Shown in pieces: positions 29,324-38,175 of a stretch of DNA of 60,713 nucleotides. Origin of the DNA: Pyrodictium sp. (GTDB taxonomy: Archaea; Thermoproteota; Thermoprotei_A; Sulfolobales; Pyrodictiaceae); NCBI GenBank assembly GCA_015662475.1, contig DQUB01000055.1, forward strand, positions 1 to 60,713, read 5' to 3'. A program made the position numbers and the translations under genes. Position 1 is the stretch's first letter, and the number at the start of each line of letters is the position of its first letter. The notes beneath the pieces are model-generated. The model saw only the letters and a program-made list of their open reading frames with translations, had not been told where the DNA came from and did not search any database.

Positions 29324-30046
29324 TTAGATTATCTTTGTCATTTTGGACTTAATTATCTCCTCAGCTTTCTCTTTCGGTATCTTTACATAGTCTAATCCAT
29401 TTATAATTTGAATAAGCTTCCCAACGTCTTTTGATAGTTCATCGACTGGTGTATTCACTAGCTTTGTTGATTCATATGCTTCAGTTCCAGGTATTAGCAG
29501 GACATGTAATTTGGTTTGATTGTCTTCGGGTGTTAGTATAGTGAGACCTAGATTCTCGCCTTTATCGTCCTTGAGCAATATCAAAACTTCGTTATCCGAA
29601 GTCCTGCCCAACGGTATTGCTTCTGCAACTTTAGCTGGTGCTGCATGGGTTTCTGGTTTTGCGCCTGTCCATTCTGCTTCTTCTCCAGTTACAGGCTTTT
29701 CTAGCACTTCTCTCGCCTTTTCTATGGTTTCTTTCACAGCTTTTTCGACTTCCTCGTCGGGTACCCTTTTGAACACCTCTATTTTTAATGTGTCAAGCTT
29801 CCAAACTATATCGCCGTTAACAACATCATATTCTATTCGTATTCTCACGACATCGCCTTTGTCTATCTTTAACTTGTTCACCAGTATGTCGAAAAGTAGT
29901 CTATTGAGTTCGCCTGCTTTTTGCGCCACTAGCTGGTTTGTTAATTCACCCGCCTTTATCTTGTCGCGAAGTTGGGCAAAGAGTACGCGTCTAAGTTTGT
30001 CAGCGTATGCGCCGGCTATTACGAGACCTGTTGAGAGTTGGGGCAT
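29324..30046 (-). CDS. DUF2258 / ThermoDBP-related nucleic-acid-binding protein
   Basis: LSTGLVIAGAYADKLRR.LFA, ELN..L...LV.KL.IDKGDVVRI.IEY. Confidence 0.85.
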   Translation of the reverse strand: MPQLSTGLVIAGAYADKLRRVLFAQLRDKIKAGELTNQLVAQKAGELNRLLFDILVNKLKIDKGDVVRIRIEYDVVNGDIVWKLDTLKIEVFKRVPDEEVEKAVKETIEKAREVLEKPVTGEEAEWTGAKPETHAAPAKVAEAIPLGRTSDNEVLILLKDDKGENLGLTILTPEDNQTKLHVLLIPGTEAYESTKLVNTPVDELSKDVGKLIQIINGLDYVKIPKEKAEEIIKSKMTKII

Positions 30047-30105
30047 GCCAATTCTCCATACTAAGTTTTTGTTGTGCTAGTATTTCGGTTTATTGGTTTG
30101 TTGCA

Positions 30106-31380
30106 CTAGCCTGTCCTAAAGTAGTGATCCAGCTTCCTCTGGGCATAAAGATTGTTGAAAACTTTTGATGTTTTGATTATTGTGTTTAAAAGTCTATCAT
30201 CTCTTATTTTTGCACTTAACACTTTAACAACTTCCTTTACATCATTTGACTTAAGTATAGGTTGTGAGAGAGCATGAGCAGTTGTTAGGCGGATATGCCA
30301 ATTACCTACTGGTGCATAGTAGTCTGGGGTTATTTCACGTATTATGAGTACAGTGGCTTGTCGTCTCCTCTTTGCAAGATGTTCTATAACAGATAAACGT
30401 GCAGCCATAAACCCTCCATCAATCTCTGTAAATCGATTAGGTCTATCTTCCCTGACCCAGTGTAGTATGGGTTGCTTTGTATTCTGCGTCCACACTGTAA
30501 AGGGGTGCCATATTTCAACCATCTCAAGCCTGTAAGGACCTGGGAAAAGTATTATGGTGAATCTATTCCCAAGATATGATGCATTGTAAACTTCGATGTA
30601 ATCAACAACCTTGTCCTCAGACTTAACATTTTCAAGCAATTTAGCTGCTATTGCACTATCGACTGCAGTTATAGCCCACCTTGTTGGGACTAAGCGTCTG
30701 TTTCGCTTTACACCAAGCAGACCAAGAGAAAAAGCTCGTACAATTGTGTAGAAATCGACCTTCTCCTTGTAAAGTAGCCATACAGCCTCAGAAGCCTTTA
30801 CATCATCCCATACCAGCTTCTCTAGCACTCGAGGAGGCTTAGGATTTGAGACTATCCTTACACTTGATGCTGGTGCGCTAGGCCCGTGTGGAGCTAGTAT
30901 ACCGTCGAAAGACAGTTGTGGTATTGGAGGTTTCTGTAGTTTAACCTCACTATCTGTCGGCTTAACCGATATAGCAGCTATGCTTAGCTCCTTCTCATAC
31001 AGTTTCCAAGGATCTTTAATATGGAATTTAAGAATGCTTGAAACAAGATATGATCGAAGTTCGATTATTTTTCTAAGACTATATCGTTGAGCCCACCAAA
31101 GTAATGGATAGTCATATGTTTTTGCATCTTCACCATAAACTTGTGGAGGAACGTTGAAGAGTATAGGTACCTTTGGATATCCTTGTTCGCCGACAACAAG
31201 GCTTGGAGGTGTAGAACCTTGCAATTCTAAAGGTCTAGGACCAAGCTTTGTTACACTTGAAACTTGTGCACGAAACCTGTCGAGAATTGGACAAGAGGTA
31301 AGACCACAGAGCTTCTTATAGCCTTTGCATCTAACACATAGAGAAGCAGGTATTCTCTTTGGCACAGTATAGCTCCCCAC
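30106..31380 (-). CDS. nreA: DNA repair protein NreA (start approximate)
   Basis: CVRCKG..LCG...CP, RRLVPTRWAITAVD, PVGNWHIR, C-terminal PIP box QRKLDHYF. Confidence 0.92.
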   Translation of the reverse strand: MGSYTVPKRIPASLCVRCKGYKKLCGLTSCPILDRFRAQVSSVTKLGPRPLELQGSTPPSLVVGEQGYPKVPILFNVPPQVYGEDAKTYDYPLLWWAQRYSLRKIIELRSYLVSSILKFHIKDPWKLYEKELSIAAISVKPTDSEVKLQKPPIPQLSFDGILAPHGPSAPASSVRIVSNPKPPRVLEKLVWDDVKASEAVWLLYKEKVDFYTIVRAFSLGLLGVKRNRRLVPTRWAITAVDSAIAAKLLENVKSEDKVVDYIEVYNASYLGNRFTIILFPGPYRLEMVEIWHPFTVWTQNTKQPILHWVREDRPNRFTEIDGGFMAARLSVIEHLAKRRRQATVLIIREITPDYYAPVGNWHIRLTTAHALSQPILKSNDVKEVVKVLSAKIRDDRLLNTIIKTSKVFNNLYAQRKLDHYFRTG

Positions 31381-31391
31381 AATCCAGAGTT

Positions 31392-32510
31392 TTAGTAGAG
31401 GCGATATCGCAGTACACCAACTACGCCTCCAAAAGTCTTCTTTATCCATTCTGCTTCTGGTAGACTATCTGAAAGGTAGATCACTTTTGTTCCATACTTT
31501 TTCGCCTCCTCCGAAATCTTCTCAGCTTCTTCATGCTCTTCGTCTATTATGACAAACTTTAGTGCGCCCATCATCAGCGCATTCTTCACCTCTTTAAGCC
31601 CGTATACTGCTAGTCCATCATCTTTTGCCAGGTGCATCTTAAACTCTTCTATAGCCTTCAAAAGCTCCAAATACTTTTGCTTAGTTAGTACATCTTCGGC
31701 TCGGAGAACCAACTCTCTAAGCCCTGCAATACCCTGATAGGAGACATCGAAAAGCTTTGACACTATCTTTTGCCTTATCCTGTAGTCGAGGAAACCGCTA
31801 TTGAGAAAGTCTTTCTTGGCGTAGCCCGGTCCACCAATTATTATGGCCTTCAAGATCCCCTTCTCTATAAGCGGTAGAAAGTGTTTTGACATAGCCTCAG
31901 CAACTTGTTTGTAGAAAGCTCGCACAAACTGCTCTATCTGTCTATCAAATCTACGCTGGCTCTGACCACCCTTATGGTGTTTTCCAGGCACATACCCTTC
32001 AATCTCCTCGAGTACCTGTATTCTTGAACCTTTCAAAAGCCCTATTGTAGCTTCATCTCTCTCTATTATCACTAGACCGTAAGCTTCTTCGGCTTCAAGC
32101 ATTTCCTCTAAAAACTCTGTATGGAACCATTTGTCGGTTCTATAGTAGAACACGGGTACAGGTTCTGGAGGCGAGAACATAAGACATATAAAGTCTTTCG
32201 TTTGCACGTTCTCGCCGCAAAATACGACAAGCCCGTTTTTGGGCACTTTGGGGATCGATGAGAGTCTCTCCATAGCAGATGCTAGAGCACGTTGGACAGC
32301 TTCTCTAGTCCTCTTCAACTTAATGTTATCCGTTATAGAGTACTCTTGCCTAAGAAGATTCATTACATCGCTTATAGGTCTACCAGGTGGTATGTAGAGG
32401 CTTAACAGTATTGTTGCTGGAGCTTTCCATTTTTTAAGCTCTTTAATTATTTGCTTCAATGTTCTCTTGTCAACTGTTAGCTTTTTCTCAAGTTCTTGTT
32501 CGCTAACCAT
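31392..32510 (-). CDS. prf1: Peptide chain release factor aRF1
   Basis: NIK motif, PGKHHKGGQSQRRF. Confidence 0.97.
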   Translation of the reverse strand: MVSEQELEKKLTVDKRTLKQIIKELKKWKAPATILLSLYIPPGRPISDVMNLLRQEYSITDNIKLKRTREAVQRALASAMERLSSIPKVPKNGLVVFCGENVQTKDFICLMFSPPEPVPVFYYRTDKWFHTEFLEEMLEAEEAYGLVIIERDEATIGLLKGSRIQVLEEIEGYVPGKHHKGGQSQRRFDRQIEQFVRAFYKQVAEAMSKHFLPLIEKGILKAIIIGGPGYAKKDFLNSGFLDYRIRQKIVSKLFDVSYQGIAGLRELVLRAEDVLTKQKYLELLKAIEEFKMHLAKDDGLAVYGLKEVKNALMMGALKFVIIDEEHEEAEKISEEAKKYGTKVIYLSDSLPEAEWIKKTFGGVVGVLRYRLY

Positions 32511-32652
32511 ACCCTAATCCCCCTACAGCCTTACTGAATCAAGCCTTAATAACTGGAACCCCCACTGTCAAGGTCAGCTAATCACTCTAAAACAACTGCC
32601 ATAATTTTAGTAATACGGTGGGTTAAAGCAGAACAGCCTGTGTAGAGTTACC

Positions 32653-32964
32653 ATGTTTTGCGGGCTAAAGATGGATACTGTGCTTAACATGTTGTTTGTT
32701 AGAGGGATAGGACCCTACAGTAGTGAGGCTAGGGAGAAGATAAGAAGTGTGTTGGAGAGGCTTAGAGAATTGGGAATTAAAGCATCTTTAACAGAAATTG
32801 AATTGCCAGTACTAGATGATGAAGGACTTACACCCGAACTTATAGTCGATGGCGAACTACTATCGCTCTTCACTTGTACGGAAACATTGTTGGAAGCAAT
32901 AGTTTACAAAGCTTATGCAAGTGTTATGAGTAGAAACTCACTCGCTAATATAGCTTCTACCTAG
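32653..32964 (+). CDS. Hypothetical protein, possibly glutaredoxin-like fold without CxxC
   Basis: TPELIVDG motif. Confidence 0.5.
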   Translation: MFCGLKMDTVLNMLFVRGIGPYSSEAREKIRSVLERLRELGIKASLTEIELPVLDDEGLTPELIVDGELLSLFTCTETLLEAIVYKAYASVMSRNSLANIAST

Positions 32965-33363
32965 CTTGTAGAAGGGACAACCTTTCCAAAGTTTTTCACA
33001 ATTTTTAACTTCACTACGTGTTAGAAGTCTTTCAAGCACATTACAGTATGCGAGATAATTGCCAGCATACTCATACACTTTGAAGTATGGACATGCAGAA
33101 GAAGGTTTAGAGTGTAATAGGTGTATTGGTGGATAGGGTTTGAGCTGTTGAGCTATGGCAGGTGTTGGTTGAGTGAACTTTGTTAAACCACTCTTCTCTT
33201 TCTCCTCTTGCTTCTCTACATCGACAAAATATCGACATGATCTATAATCTTCCTGACCTCCTAGGCAACGTTCAGGACTAACAACAAGAGTACTAGGCTC
33301 TCTAAGTTTAGGCGAAGTACACATGCCATTTTTATACCATGGACAAGGCAAGGAACCACCCAT
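32938..33363 (-). CDS. Cys-rich protein with two repeated putative metal-binding modules
   Basis: CPWY...C...C...CRYF and CPYF...C...C...CPFY. Confidence 0.75.
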   Translation of the reverse strand: MGGSLPCPWYKNGMCTSPKLREPSTLVVSPERCLGGQEDYRSCRYFVDVEKQEEKEKSGLTKFTQPTPAIAQQLKPYPPIHLLHSKPSSACPYFKVYEYAGNYLAYCNVLERLLTRSEVKNCEKLWKGCPFYKLGRSYISE

Positions 33364-33427
33364 AACAAGTTAGCTGGATTGGGCAAAAAGAAGGCAAAAA
33401 TGAGTTAGTGGTTTAAAACCTGGACTT

Positions 33428-34084
33428 TTAGCCACAAACAAGTTTTCTAATTTCTTCGACAATCTTGGTCTTTTCTTCGAGCTCATGAATTCTCTTTCTA
33501 AGCTCTTCATTCTCTTTCTCAAGTTCGTCTATTGTTGACTTGAGCTCTGACAACTTGTTCTCAAGCTCTTCTGGTTTAACACAGCTTTCTAGCTGTTGTT
33601 TTAACCTTCTATTCTCCTCTTCTAACTGTTTTACTTTCTCCTCCAACTGTTTCAACTTCTCATACTCTTCTCTCGTAACATGAACTCCGCCAAATGGTGC
33701 TACTATACGCAGCTTGCCTCTTGCAAGAAGCTCGTAGGTTTCACGGACAAGTTTGCCAGCCTTAGTCTTACCGGACAGGTGAGCTCTCACCGTGGTTTCA
33801 CTTCTACCAAGCTCATCAGCTATTTGCGAGACTGTGTAGCCAGCCTTTTCTCTAGCAATTGCAGCAGCTGCAACCGCTAGGCTGTCAACCCATGTTGCTT
33901 TCTCTAGCGGATCTTTAATCAATTCCAATACTTCTGGTCTATACAATGTTCCTATAATTAGTGCCATTTCAAGCTGCTGTACTTCCCGCTTCGATGTTGG
34001 CCTTAAAGGTATGTTTGACAAGTCGATCTCTATTTGTTCTATTTGTGGCGTTGCCTTTTGCTGTTCACTCATCTCTAACACCAC
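33428..34084 (-). CDS. HTH transcriptional regulator with C-terminal coiled coil (COG1318-like)
   Basis: TWVDSLAVAA.A.AREKAG....IA.ELGR.E.T.R.HL.G.TKAG.LV.ETYE. Confidence 0.85.
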   Translation of the reverse strand: MVLEMSEQQKATPQIEQIEIDLSNIPLRPTSKREVQQLEMALIIGTLYRPEVLELIKDPLEKATWVDSLAVAAAAIAREKAGYTVSQIADELGRSETTVRAHLSGKTKAGKLVRETYELLARGKLRIVAPFGGVHVTREEYEKLKQLEEKVKQLEEENRRLKQQLESCVKPEELENKLSELKSTIDELEKENEELRKRIHELEEKTKIVEEIRKLVCG

Positions 34085-34134
34085 ACACTATATATTGTTT
34101 TGGGTATAAAAGTGTTGTCTAAAACTTTCTTCCT

Positions 34135-34497
34135 TCAAGATATAAGACAACATTTTGGATTAGAACAACATGGGTCTAAGCCTGCCTTACAGCGTGACTT
34201 AACCCATTCGCGGACAAATTTGTTGAAACGTTCATCGAACGTTATTAGAGTTGCTACAATATAGTAGTTGGCATGGCAATATCCTTCGGATTTCAACATG
34301 CGTGTTATGGGAGACAACAACGACTTTATAAGTACGAGCCATAAATACCAATCAGGAGCTCTTAACAGCTCTTCCAAACTATTGATGCCGTACTCTGAAA
34401 ATGTGCTTTCCACATGACTCATAACTTTAGCACTAACATTAGGTGGTACTTTAGCAGCTCTTAATGCAGTCTGTAATGCTTCAACAAGTTTCTTCAT
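34135..34497 (-). CDS. Hypothetical protein with Cys-rich C-terminus
   Basis: Ends C....DPCC.NP.CC. Confidence 0.65.
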   Translation of the reverse strand: MKKLVEALQTALRAAKVPPNVSAKVMSHVESTFSEYGINSLEELLRAPDWYLWLVLIKSLLSPITRMLKSEGYCHANYYIVATLITFDERFNKFVREWVKSRCKAGLDPCCSNPKCCLIS

Positions 34498-34557
34498 AAG
34501 AGTCCCAAGCTATACTATTGGTTGGGGAGGAGGGTAGATTAAACAACTCGCTTTGAA

Positions 34558-34615
34558 GATGTGATGACTAAAGGCCTCTACTGATAAGAGTGATGACGCT
34601 TTAGGCCGCTGAATC
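34558..34615 (+). ncRNA. Canonical box C/D guide sRNA; D guide matches 16S GGCCUAAAGCG
   Basis: GAT/ATC stem; C GTGATGA - CTAAAGGCCTCTA - D' CTGA - C' GTGATGA - CGCTTTAGGCCG - D CTGA; all four boxes perfect. Confidence 0.93.
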
Positions 34616-34623
34616 AAATCGTG

Positions 34624-35007
34624 TTACTCGCTTGATGATAGTAACCGCCACACCTCGTAAAAGTAGCATTTTATTTCACTAGGGACCTTTACACGGCCGT
34701 AAACAAGTCTTTCAAGGATTTTCCTCAGTTCATGCTTAACAGAAACGATGTCAGCATAACTAACATCAGGTCTGCATAACATACTTTCAAACTTCAACGA
34801 TTTTTGCAACAAGAAAGTAAGTTCATCTATAAGATTTTTTATTGCGAGATTCTCAGACTGAAAACTGTAGACGTCGAGATTAGCAGATTCTTGTAACATT
34901 CGTTGCCTCTCACGAAGTTTAAGAATAGTGGACTCTATGGTTTCAGCAACAGCCTTTAGTTTTGGACAAACATACGCTAATAATGACATTTCATTACCCG
35001 TGATCAT
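34624..35007 (-). CDS. Hypothetical helical protein
   Basis: 127-aa ORF; no family recognised. Confidence 0.55.
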   Translation of the reverse strand: MITGNEMSLLAYVCPKLKAVAETIESTILKLRERQRMLQESANLDVYSFQSENLAIKNLIDELTFLLQKSLKFESMLCRPDVSYADIVSVKHELRKILERLVYGRVKVPSEIKCYFYEVWRLLSSSE

Positions 35008-35189
35008 AGCTAAAACTCCAACTATAAGAGCTATACATGGGTTTACCCTCTAACCCTCACGACACGATAATATCAATAGAAGATAATAATGCTTGAAGCC
35101 ATATTCTATTCCTACAATCTGGTCAGGGTTTATAAGGGTGGAGGCGTCTGACTAGCTTGGCGAGATAGACAGAGGAGGTTGAGCGGTCT

Positions 35190-35507
35190 ATGTCTCGTTC
35201 AGACTTTAACGAGAGATCCTTTTCCAATCAACGTGAAAACGTCTACGTATACAACGAGAATATAGTACTTCAAAAATTGTATGAAGATGACGAGTTAGTG
35301 GTTGTTGTTGCTCCTAACGAAGATCAGCTAAGAGATATCATAATCAAACTCCTTCGCGAAAAACCATTAACAGTAAAAGAGTTACATTCGATCCTCTCAG
35401 GCTTAGCAAGTGAAGATAAAATACGTCATGCTTTGAACCAGTTAATGGAGGAAGGTCTTGTATATTCTGACAAAGAAGGACGTTACTTCTTAGTAGCCTC
35501 CTACTAA
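35190..35507 (+). CDS. Winged-helix (ArsR-like) DNA-binding protein
   Basis: LL.EKPLTVKELH..L...ASEDKIR.AL..L.EEG.V; GAGGAGGT SD. Confidence 0.82.
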   Translation: MSRSDFNERSFSNQRENVYVYNENIVLQKLYEDDELVVVVAPNEDQLRDIIIKLLREKPLTVKELHSILSGLASEDKIRHALNQLMEEGLVYSDKEGRYFLVASY

Positions 35508-35841
35508 TTGTTTTGCAACAGCTAATTTTACACAGTTAACCTTAGTTTAAGAGTTTAGATCTTTAAACAGTTGAAACAATCTTTTTCTAAAACAGTTATG
35601 CTGATTATCAAAGCTTTTAAGATGGAAAGTGAATATGCCTCTCCCATGTTTTACCCTCCCACCCTATAACGTTGTTAACTAGCCTTTGAAGCAGCTTTGA
35701 TGTGCATGGGTTTTGGTGGAAAGCTTTAGAATATCTGTCAAAGTCTGATTTCATAGACTTTCTCCAGATGTGGTGGTAGAGTGTATTCTACGTGATAAGA
35801 TCCTTAAACCTTGGTTGTGATCGTACACGGTAGTATAGGGA

Positions 35842-36864
35842 ATGCTTAAATTGATGCGAATAAAATTGCCTAGCAAGCGTGTTGCTAGGGATATTGCTGG
35901 AAAAGTCTACGATGTCGTGGTAGTTGGAGGAGGGCCAGCCGGTTTAACTGCAGCACTTTATGCTGCACGCTATATGTTGAGCGTTGTAGTTATTACTGAA
36001 AGGATTGGCGGGCAAATGGCTGAAGCAGGCTGGATTGAGAATTATCCTGGCATTCCACGTATTGTTGGTCCTGAACTAGCTAAGCGGTTTGAGGAGCATG
36101 TTAAAAGATATAATGTGCCAATAATACTGGACACAGTTGTTGATGTTTTGCGTGATGGTGAATTATTTGTTGTGAAACTGACATCAGGTGTTGAGCTTAA
36201 GGGACGCACAATAATACTTGCTATGGGTGTTAGGAAACGCAGACTTGGAGTTCCAGGCGAACTAGAATTTTTAGGGCGTGGAGTAAGCTATTGTGCTCCA
36301 TGCGATGCTCCACTCTTCCGCGGTAAGCGAGTTGCTGTAGTGGGAGGAGGTGATTCAGCTGCTAGCGCTGCTCTCCTCCTAGCAGAATATGCTGATAAAG
36401 TCTACATAGTCCATAGACGTGATCAATTACGCGTTCAGCCACTGTACAGAAAATTGTTAGATGAAAATCCACGCATAGAAGTGTTGTACAACAGGGTTGT
36501 AAAGAGGATTTGTGGAGATAAAGTTGTTAGAAAGCTTGTCCTGGAAAACACCGTGAATGGGCAAATAGAAGAATTAAATGTTGATGGTGTGTTTATCGAG
36601 ATAGGTGCTGAACCGCCTACAGACTTTGCCAAAAAGCTGGGGTTGGAAGTTGACGACAAAGGATATATAAAGGTTAGAGATGATATGTCGACGAACATTC
36701 CAGGTGTTTTTGCAGCAGGTGACTGTACCAATGCATTTGGCGGTGTAAAACAAATTATTGTTGCAGCTGCTATGGGGGCTATTGCAGCAACATCTGCTTA
36801 CAAATACCTACTTGGAAAGAAGGAGGGAGGTAGAGGCATGCAACAACTGGATTATGGAAAATAA
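35842..36864 (+). CDS. trxB: Thioredoxin-disulfide reductase
   Basis: GGGPAGL, GVSYCAPCD, GGGDSA, HRR, FAAGD. Confidence 0.95.
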   Translation: MLKLMRIKLPSKRVARDIAGKVYDVVVVGGGPAGLTAALYAARYMLSVVVITERIGGQMAEAGWIENYPGIPRIVGPELAKRFEEHVKRYNVPIILDTVVDVLRDGELFVVKLTSGVELKGRTIILAMGVRKRRLGVPGELEFLGRGVSYCAPCDAPLFRGKRVAVVGGGDSAASAALLLAEYADKVYIVHRRDQLRVQPLYRKLLDENPRIEVLYNRVVKRICGDKVVRKLVLENTVNGQIEELNVDGVFIEIGAEPPTDFAKKLGLEVDDKGYIKVRDDMSTNIPGVFAAGDCTNAFGGVKQIIVAAAMGAIAATSAYKYLLGKKEGGRGMQQLDYGK

Positions 36865-36918
36865 AAATTTGAGTAAGGCTTACACAACACCCCTCTGCAC
36901 TACTCATACTTTAAGATG

Positions 36919-37233
36919 TTAGACTGCTAATGTTAAGTCTAGGAAGTCCATGGGTAGAGGTTTACCTTTAGATTTAAGCTCATCATATTTCTGGGAAAGC
37001 CATTCGATGAAGACAGGACAACCATCAAACTTGCCATCACGTTCACAACGTTCACCAAGTTTAAGGAAACATTTGCCAGTACGTTTATCATAGTATGGGC
37101 ACATCTTGTGATACTGTTTAGCACTTCTCATCATTCTCTGGACCCATCGCTTTTTAGGATCTTTTTTCTCCTTCTCCTCTATCTGACCTAGAGCCTTCTT
37201 GAACTCCTCTTCTGAAACCCTTATTGTAGGCAT
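36919..37233 (-). CDS. Small protein with four Cys, putative metal binding
   Basis: CPYYD....C......C........CP; GAGGTGA SD before ATG 37233. Confidence 0.75.
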   Translation of the reverse strand: MPTIRVSEEEFKKALGQIEEKEKKDPKKRWVQRMMRSAKQYHKMCPYYDKRTGKCFLKLGERCERDGKFDGCPVFIEWLSQKYDELKSKGKPLPMDFLDLTLAV

Positions 37234-37353
37234 ATTATTCACCTCGCAGACAAATATGTTCTGTGTTTTCTGGTACAATACCTGGACTCTAGACTAGGGT
37301 TAGGGAATTTTTATCGGTTAACCTTAACAAGCTAATAGGGTTGTGAAGAGTTT

Positions 37354-38169
37354 ATGGTTGAGTCAAGGTCTAGGACTAGTGCTAATGTAGTTAAAGTTAG
37401 CAAAGACCTTGTTTTCAAACATTTGGAGAAGAACAGTTTTCTAAAGAAAGCATACGAGGAGTTGATTAATGATGCTGAAGTTAAAGCTCTTCTTCACATG
37501 AGCAATGTAATGGCTGTAAAAAGATTAAAGTACAATGATCATGGCCCTGTTCATGCTAACATAGTTGCAGGTGTAGCACTTGAGCTGCTCGAGAGACTAC
37601 TTCAGCACGATGTTGTGCCAAATTCTATAAAAGATGGTGTGGTTGACAACTTAGACTATGTTAGACTCATAGTCCTCTATGGTGCGCTATTGCACGATAT
37701 AGGAAACGCTGTCCATAGAGATATGCATGAGAGAATTGGCGCTCTTCTCGCAAAAGACATATTGGATAGGATCCTCTCTAGACTCATAAAAGACCGTAGT
37801 CTAGCCTACCTGATAAGACAGGAAATACTACATGCAATATATGCCACAGCATATGATGTGAGATGTCTAAGTGTTGAGGCTGGAATAGTGAAGATAGCAG
37901 ATGGGCTTGATATGGCTGAGGGGAGAGCTAGGATACCATACAAGCTCGGCAAAATGGATATACATGCTCTATCTGCACTAAGCATCAAGTCTGTAGAGAT
38001 TGGTGAAGGTGTTAAGAGACCCATAGCTATTAGAGTATTCATGAATGATAGTAGTGGCGTATTTCAAGTAGAGTATGTGTTCCTGCCAAAACTTCGGACA
38101 AGCGGTCTTGAACACTACTTTGAAGTCTATATAGCAACGCCTCTAGGAGAGCACAGACTCTATCCCTAG
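37354..38169 (+). CDS. HD-superfamily phosphohydrolase (COG3294-like)
   Basis: YNDHGPVH, LLHDIGN..HR..H, ADG.DMAEGRARIP. Confidence 0.9.
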   Translation: MVESRSRTSANVVKVSKDLVFKHLEKNSFLKKAYEELINDAEVKALLHMSNVMAVKRLKYNDHGPVHANIVAGVALELLERLLQHDVVPNSIKDGVVDNLDYVRLIVLYGALLHDIGNAVHRDMHERIGALLAKDILDRILSRLIKDRSLAYLIRQEILHAIYATAYDVRCLSVEAGIVKIADGLDMAEGRARIPYKLGKMDIHALSALSIKSVEIGEGVKRPIAIRVFMNDSSGVFQVEYVFLPKLRTSGLEHYFEVYIATPLGEHRLYP

Positions 38170-38175
38170 GTACGT

